Shown here: positions 59,337 through 64,000 of the stretch, piece after piece
Numbering within the stretch: position 1 is the first letter of the stretch
Layout of the letters: the number at the start of each line of letters is the position of its first letter
Assembly: GCA_958296135.2 (NCBI GenBank)
Contig: CATQHZ020000001.1
Span: 4,384,001 to 4,448,000, forward strand
DNA length: 64,000 nucleotides
Direction of reading: 5' to 3'
DNA from: an uncultured Poribacteria bacterium
GTDB lineage: Bacteria; Poribacteria; WGA-4E; WGA-3G
Program-made: the position numbers and the translations under genes
The notes under the pieces: model-generated
The model's database searches: none
The model's input: only the letters and a program-made list of their open reading frames with translations
What the model was told of the DNA's origin: nothing

Positions 59337-60137
59337 TCATCGGGCAGACTTCATCTCACCCCACGTAACCGCCAACTTCCCAGCCGGTTCAACATCCAGA
59401 CTGACATCCATCATCTCGCCAATCTCTTTCTCGTCAAGGACGCGCCCCCAGAACGAGATTTCGTCAATGATGCCTTCCGCACCGTTGTTCATGGCGATAT
59501 AATCAATGGTTTCCCAACCGAACCTTGGTTTTTCGTGAAGTTTCGGAAAACCGCCGGTGATTTCTCGGCTCGCCGCCTGCTCCTTGCCATCAATGTAAAG
59601 GAAAGGTGCCTCGCCGCCGAAATCCCACGTGATGGCGACATGGAACCACTCCTCTTTCTTAATGATTCCCTTCGGATCGAACTCCACATCTTGCCAATCC
59701 CCATCGTCTGCGGCTTCAAAGTAGAACCCAAATTCCGCGGGCGTGATGTCCGCGTGCGCGGACCCCTTGCCGATGAAGAAGTATATGGGACCGAGACTGG
59801 CATCAAAGAGCCGGTAATCTTCGCCATCCCCACCATCCCAATCCGGTCTGAACCAGAACAGCAGGCTCCCTGCCTCGGTGATAGTGTTCGGCACTTCAAG
59901 GAAGCTTTCTGCACCGCGGAGTGCGATGCCGGCGGCGTATTTCCCTTGCCCGGCAACCCATTTCGCGTTGCCGCCGAAAGTGCCGTCGTTTCCGTTGCCG
60001 GTGCCGTCAACTGCCTTGTTGCCGCTTCCCTCGCCGATCCAGAGGAGCAAATCGGCATCATCTGGAATGCCAGCAAACGCGGTCCCAATGCACATCAGGC
60101 TAATCAGTAAGCTCAAGAAGAGATATTTCATCATCAC
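59337..60137 (-). CDS. LamG-like jellyroll protein with C-terminal GKLxVTW motif
   Basis: Signal peptide, WFHVAITW, GIIDEISFW, VEPAGKLAVTWGEMK; RBS AGGAGG. Confidence 0.85.
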   Translation of the reverse strand: MMMKYLFLSLLISLMCIGTAFAGIPDDADLLLWIGEGSGNKAVDGTGNGNDGTFGGNAKWVAGQGKYAAGIALRGAESFLEVPNTITEAGSLLFWFRPDWDGGDGEDYRLFDASLGPIYFFIGKGSAHADITPAEFGFYFEAADDGDWQDVEFDPKGIIKKEEWFHVAITWDFGGEAPFLYIDGKEQAASREITGGFPKLHEKPRFGWETIDYIAMNNGAEGIIDEISFWGRVLDEKEIGEMMDVSLDVEPAGKLAVTWGEMKSAR

Positions 60138-60712
60138 ATTTTGACCTCCTAAGTATTGTTGAACGCATTATAGCAGCAGTCGCGAATTAATGCAACAACG
60201 TTTTCGGCGCGGCAGCCAAAACCCATCCTTGCCCCGTAGCGCGAGGCCCCGTCAAACGCAAACTGGCAAGTCGGTGGCGAGGGCCTGTTACTCGCCACCC
60301 ACCACGTGCCAGAGATGTCAGAAGGCCGCGCGATGTCGCGAGCCCTCGCCCAATGTTGGCGAATTAGAGACACATTTTGCAGCATTTTTAGAAATTATCG
60401 GAAAAAAAGTCAAAAAAAGACCCGGTTTTCCGAAAAATGATAAAAAAAAACAAATCAACTCTAAATCTTGCCTCAAAAATACCTATACTTAAGTACAAAG
60501 GTTTGGGAAATTCGGTATCCATCGGATATCATCGCCCAACCGAAATTATTAGCGACACATGCTGCGGATTAAACTAGAAAGGAAGCACTGGTTTTCCCCG
60601 TTTTTCCTTTATCCAATGGAGGAAAATCTTCCGCGAACGCATTGATGCAACGGATGCATCAGCGGCTCACGGCGTGTTTACCCTTCACAAACCAAAATAG
60701 GAGGAGGAAACA

Positions 60713-61513
60713 ATGCAAAACTTCCTACGTTTCACGACAGTCATACTCTTCGCTATCGCCTTCCAATTCACCGGGTGCGGAGACGCTCCCCCGGATATCG
60801 TGGCACCGAAGGGCGAAGAGACAACGGCGCAAGTACAGACACTTGCCCCAGAACCGATAGCAACCAAACCCACACCGGAAAACACGTTCGCCAGATTGCG
60901 CAACCTGTTTCCGCTGCCCATTGTCAACGCGGACTTCACAACGCTCCGAAAAGTGCTAGACTCCGATACATACCTGGATTTTCTGACGCAAGAATTTCCA
61001 ACGGAAGAACCCTTTCAGACCTTTGAGGCGTATCTTGAGGTTGCCTCTCCCGATGAGGAAAGATACCTCCCCTTTTTGAAAAAATGGGTGGGTAACCCCA
61101 CGGCAGAGGATGTTGAACTCATTCATTGGCTGACAGGGAAGTACCGGGAGGTGAATCTTCACATTTTTCGGGTCGAATTCCAGCGAGATATCCGGCAGGG
61201 AGATATCTTTCATGAAGCAGGCAGGGCGTTTAAAAAGATCGCCGTTGTCGCGGCAGCCCCCCGGGTGGAAGCGTTCATGACTCGCCATGCCCTTCAAGAC
61301 GACTTCGGCCCGGCACTTGAAGCCTTTGTCGCAGCAACAGAGCGGGAGGATGCGCGGTGGCTTCATGAGCAGTTTGAAGCGCAGAATGGTATTGATGAAG
61401 GGCTGTTATGGGTTGCCCTTCGCAAGCCTGCACTCATCGGTGAAATCCTGCACAACTTTTCCAACGCCGATGTGTTTTTGAAATGGGTCGAGGTAACAAA
61501 GGAGCAGGCTTAG
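60713..61513 (+). CDS. Hypothetical lipoprotein, paralogue 1
   Basis: RBS GGAGG, lipobox FTGC, shares TLAPEPIATKPTP and FLTQEFPT with the next gene. Confidence 0.75.
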   Translation: MQNFLRFTTVILFAIAFQFTGCGDAPPDIVAPKGEETTAQVQTLAPEPIATKPTPENTFARLRNLFPLPIVNADFTTLRKVLDSDTYLDFLTQEFPTEEPFQTFEAYLEVASPDEERYLPFLKKWVGNPTAEDVELIHWLTGKYREVNLHIFRVEFQRDIRQGDIFHEAGRAFKKIAVVAAAPRVEAFMTRHALQDDFGPALEAFVAATEREDARWLHEQFEAQNGIDEGLLWVALRKPALIGEILHNFSNADVFLKWVEVTKEQA

Positions 61514-61583
61514 AGAAGTCTCGGATGTGGGGGTGATTTCATTGATGTCACCACCACTCACCATCCCCATGGAGGATGCAACC

Positions 61584-62372
61584 ATGAAACGCTTTTTTTG
61601 TTTAGCAACGTTCCTACTCCTCGCTATCGCCTCCCAGTTGCTCGGATGCACCGACACGACACCCGACATCGTGAAAGCGAGCGATGAAGAAACAACCGCA
61701 CCGGTTGAGACACTCGCCCCGGAGCCAATCGCCACCAAACCGACACCGGCGGAAGGCACCTTCGAGGCATTGCGGCGCAAGTACCCAACCGTAATTTTAG
61801 ACGATAACTTCGTCACACTCCGGAAGGTCACCGCTTCCGATATCTACACGGATTTTCTGACGCAAGAATTTCCAACCGACGAACCGTTTCAGACGTATGA
61901 GGAGTATCTCCAGGTCTCACCACCTGACCCGGAGAGATACCGTCCTTTTTTGGAAAAATGGATCGGTGAACCGACAGACGAAGATATAGTTGTCGTTCAT
62001 CGGATGACAGAGGTGTTCCGTGAAGTGAATATTATCCTTTTCGGTAAGGACTTCGCCATCGGAGACATTCTCGCGATTTTTGAAAAAAAACTAGGGGTTC
62101 TTGAGGAGGCACCGGTAGACGCGTTTCTGAAACGCCATCATCTGAATGCAGAACATTTTGCCATTGCTTTTGAGGCGTTTGTTGCTGAAACGGAAGCGGC
62201 GGACGCGCGGTGGCTCCATGAGCAGTTTGAAGAACAGCACAGCATTCATAGCGGCATGTTATGGAGTGTCCTCCGAAAGCCCGCGATCGTCGGTGAACTC
62301 ATGCAGCATTTTTCGAGTAAGGATTTGTTCTTGAACTGGGTAGACGAGAAAAGGTTGCCCAACCAAGAATAG
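61584..62372 (+). CDS. Hypothetical lipoprotein, paralogue 2
   Basis: RBS GGAGG, lipobox LLGC, DARWLHEQFE shared with paralogue 1. Confidence 0.75.
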   Translation: MKRFFCLATFLLLAIASQLLGCTDTTPDIVKASDEETTAPVETLAPEPIATKPTPAEGTFEALRRKYPTVILDDNFVTLRKVTASDIYTDFLTQEFPTDEPFQTYEEYLQVSPPDPERYRPFLEKWIGEPTDEDIVVVHRMTEVFREVNIILFGKDFAIGDILAIFEKKLGVLEEAPVDAFLKRHHLNAEHFAIAFEAFVAETEAADARWLHEQFEEQHSIHSGMLWSVLRKPAIVGELMQHFSSKDLFLNWVDEKRLPNQE

Positions 62373-62470
62373 GCATTGCACATCTCCCGGGAGGCGCGGT
62401 AGAAACAGACACCGTAAAGAGCCTTGTTGAAAACCGCGCCTACCGAGATTCAGTTACGTCCGGCCTCTAA

Positions 62471-62740
62471 AAAGGACTTCAATCTGTCGGTGCTTCCCGC
62501 GATAGTCAAACCGGGCTCATTTATCCCCATTATCCCCAGACAGCATATGTCAAGTGGGATGTGTGGGAAGAGGAGGACGGCACCCTTTCTCGCTATCCCG
62601 CGCGCGTTACGGGCAGATCTGGTGTCAATGGCTATGAAGAGAGCTTGGCCGAAGGGATAATTCCATCGCATATCACTGTGATTGACTACGAGGAAGCAGG
62701 CATCGATGCGTATCAATTTCTCGATTTCCAGCACGAGTGA
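62471..62740 (+). pseudogene. Start-less C-terminal gene fragment between two family C palindromes
   Basis: Open frame ...GLIYPHYPQTAYVKWDVWEEEDGTLSRYPARVTG...IDYEEAGIDAYQFLDFQHE*. Confidence 0.45.
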
Positions 62741-62814
62741 ACATGCGGATACCCGATGCAGGCGCGGTGAAAACCCGCCCCCGGGCTGGAAAAATCGTAT
62801 TTTTAATGTTACCC

Positions 62815-62843
62815 TTGACATTTTTTGTTGAAAAGGGTAAAAT
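62815..62843 (+). promoter_or_regulatory. sigma70-type promoter
   Basis: TTGACA-17 nt-TAAAAT. Confidence 0.6.
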
Positions 62844-63001
62844 AAGAGAAAAGCATCTCATCAGCACCGAAAAACGCGATAAAAATCGCGAGACTTGCGA
62901 CTGATGAGAGAGAATACCGCCGTGCAACTGCACGACAGGCATTCTTCCGGAAGTAGAAACTCACCTATCACGGGAAACCTGCTTTGAAGGAGGAGAGAGT
63001 C

Positions 63002-63661
63002 ATGTCGTTGAGATGTTACCGGCAGGGCATCAAATGCCCGGCCTACAAGCACGTGGGGACTTTCATTCCAACGGATGAGATAGTCGAGCCGCTTTTTCCA
63101 GATTTGCAGCACTGCGCGAAATGTATGGCGTATGCTGGCTCTGCACGTCCAGATCTGGCAGACCATCTGATGTCAGAGGCATCCTTGGTGCTTATTGAAA
63201 AGGGGCCGTTATATAATCCGCAGCACGAAAGTGGTGCAAAATTCGGCACCTTCATCCGGCCGCAGATCTGTGGCGCGCTGACGATGGAGAAAGAGAAGGA
63301 GTGCAAATACAGCGAGATGGAGTCGGGAGACCCTGACAAACAGTGGGACCCGTCCCAATCCCGATATGCGAAAGTCAACGAGGATATCGGACGGCTGTGG
63401 CACCTGCCGGACCCGAGCGCGGACCCGATGCATCAGACTGACTATGATGTGTTCGCTGAGGATTTCAAGGTGCTCCGCCGGAAACTCCTGAGAAAGTTGA
63501 CATCTGGCGAACGTCGCGTTTTCCAGCGAAATCGGGAGGGTATGCCAAATATCGAAATCGCGGCGGAGCTGGGGCTCACGCCTGGGCGCACCAGCCAGTT
63601 GAAGCACCAGGCCATCGTGAAGTTGAAAGCCGCCTGCCGAGAATTCGGCATCCTGGCCTAA
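63002..63661 (+). CDS. Divergent sigma-70 family RNA polymerase sigma factor-like protein
   Basis: Region 2-like YNP..GAKFGTFIRPQICGAL and region 4 HTH KLTSGERRVF...EIAAELGLTPGRTSQLKHQAIVKLK. Confidence 0.7.
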   Translation: MSLRCYRQGIKCPAYKHVGTFIPTDEIVEPLFPDLQHCAKCMAYAGSARPDLADHLMSEASLVLIEKGPLYNPQHESGAKFGTFIRPQICGALTMEKEKECKYSEMESGDPDKQWDPSQSRYAKVNEDIGRLWHLPDPSADPMHQTDYDVFAEDFKVLRRKLLRKLTSGERRVFQRNREGMPNIEIAAELGLTPGRTSQLKHQAIVKLKAACREFGILA

Positions 63662-63711
63662 CGTTTTTTGGGAGGTTGAACCCGTTTTGAGCAGAATCAC
63701 ATTCCCTGTCT

Positions 63712-63753
63712 AGAGGCGATTGCATCTTCTGTGGTGCGCTCGCCTCTTTTTTT
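63712..63753 (+). terminator. Rho-independent terminator-like hairpin
   Basis: agaggcga...tcgcctct followed by a T7 run. Confidence 0.55.
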
Positions 63754-64000
63754 GCAGCACTCTTTACGCATTCTGTGATGAACGGATGCCCTCATTGGGC
63801 GGATATAGAAATCCTCCCCTACACGCACAGCGCGTGCACGTTTTCCGAAAATTGTCCGATTTCATTCTGAAACTCCAACTGCTCTTGACTTGTTCGGGCT
63901 TCCTGACTACAGAAGTGAATTTGGCATCACATAGCGGCCGAGGTCGCGGAGGGAAATCGCGGTATAACCGTGCTCGGAAAGGTATGCCATGTATGCCTCA

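Overview
64 kb of bacterial chromosome, inferred to be Candidatus Poribacteria-like (several LamG proteins ending in the motif V-E/K-x-x-G-K-L-x-x-T-W, a sulfatase, many lipoproteins). Left part: batC/batD-like genes, a complete type I-B (Cst1/Cst2-DevR-like) CRISPR-Cas locus (cas6-cas8-cas7-cas5-cas3-cas4-cas1-cas2) and a 72-repeat array. Next come four tandem lipocalin-like lipoprotein paralogues, three tandem PD-(D/E)XK nuclease paralogues, hrpB and a single-chain restriction-modification enzyme. The rest is metabolic and transport genes (fdhD, oxidoreductases, sulfatase, E1-beta, aminotransferase, SSS, kdsB, pyrG, LarA-like, TRAP), a rearranged PIN toxin module, two more paralogous lipoproteins and a divergent sigma-70-like gene. 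The most striking unexplained signal is a set of short REP-like palindrome families, mostly GTAG/GTAA-anchored. They fill intergenic regions and also sit in frame inside at least eight protein genes, including kdsB and fdhD. One CRISPR spacer has the architecture of one of these palindromes, and C/G skew appears to flip along genes between them. All product calls come from motifs recognised by eye; no database searches were run.
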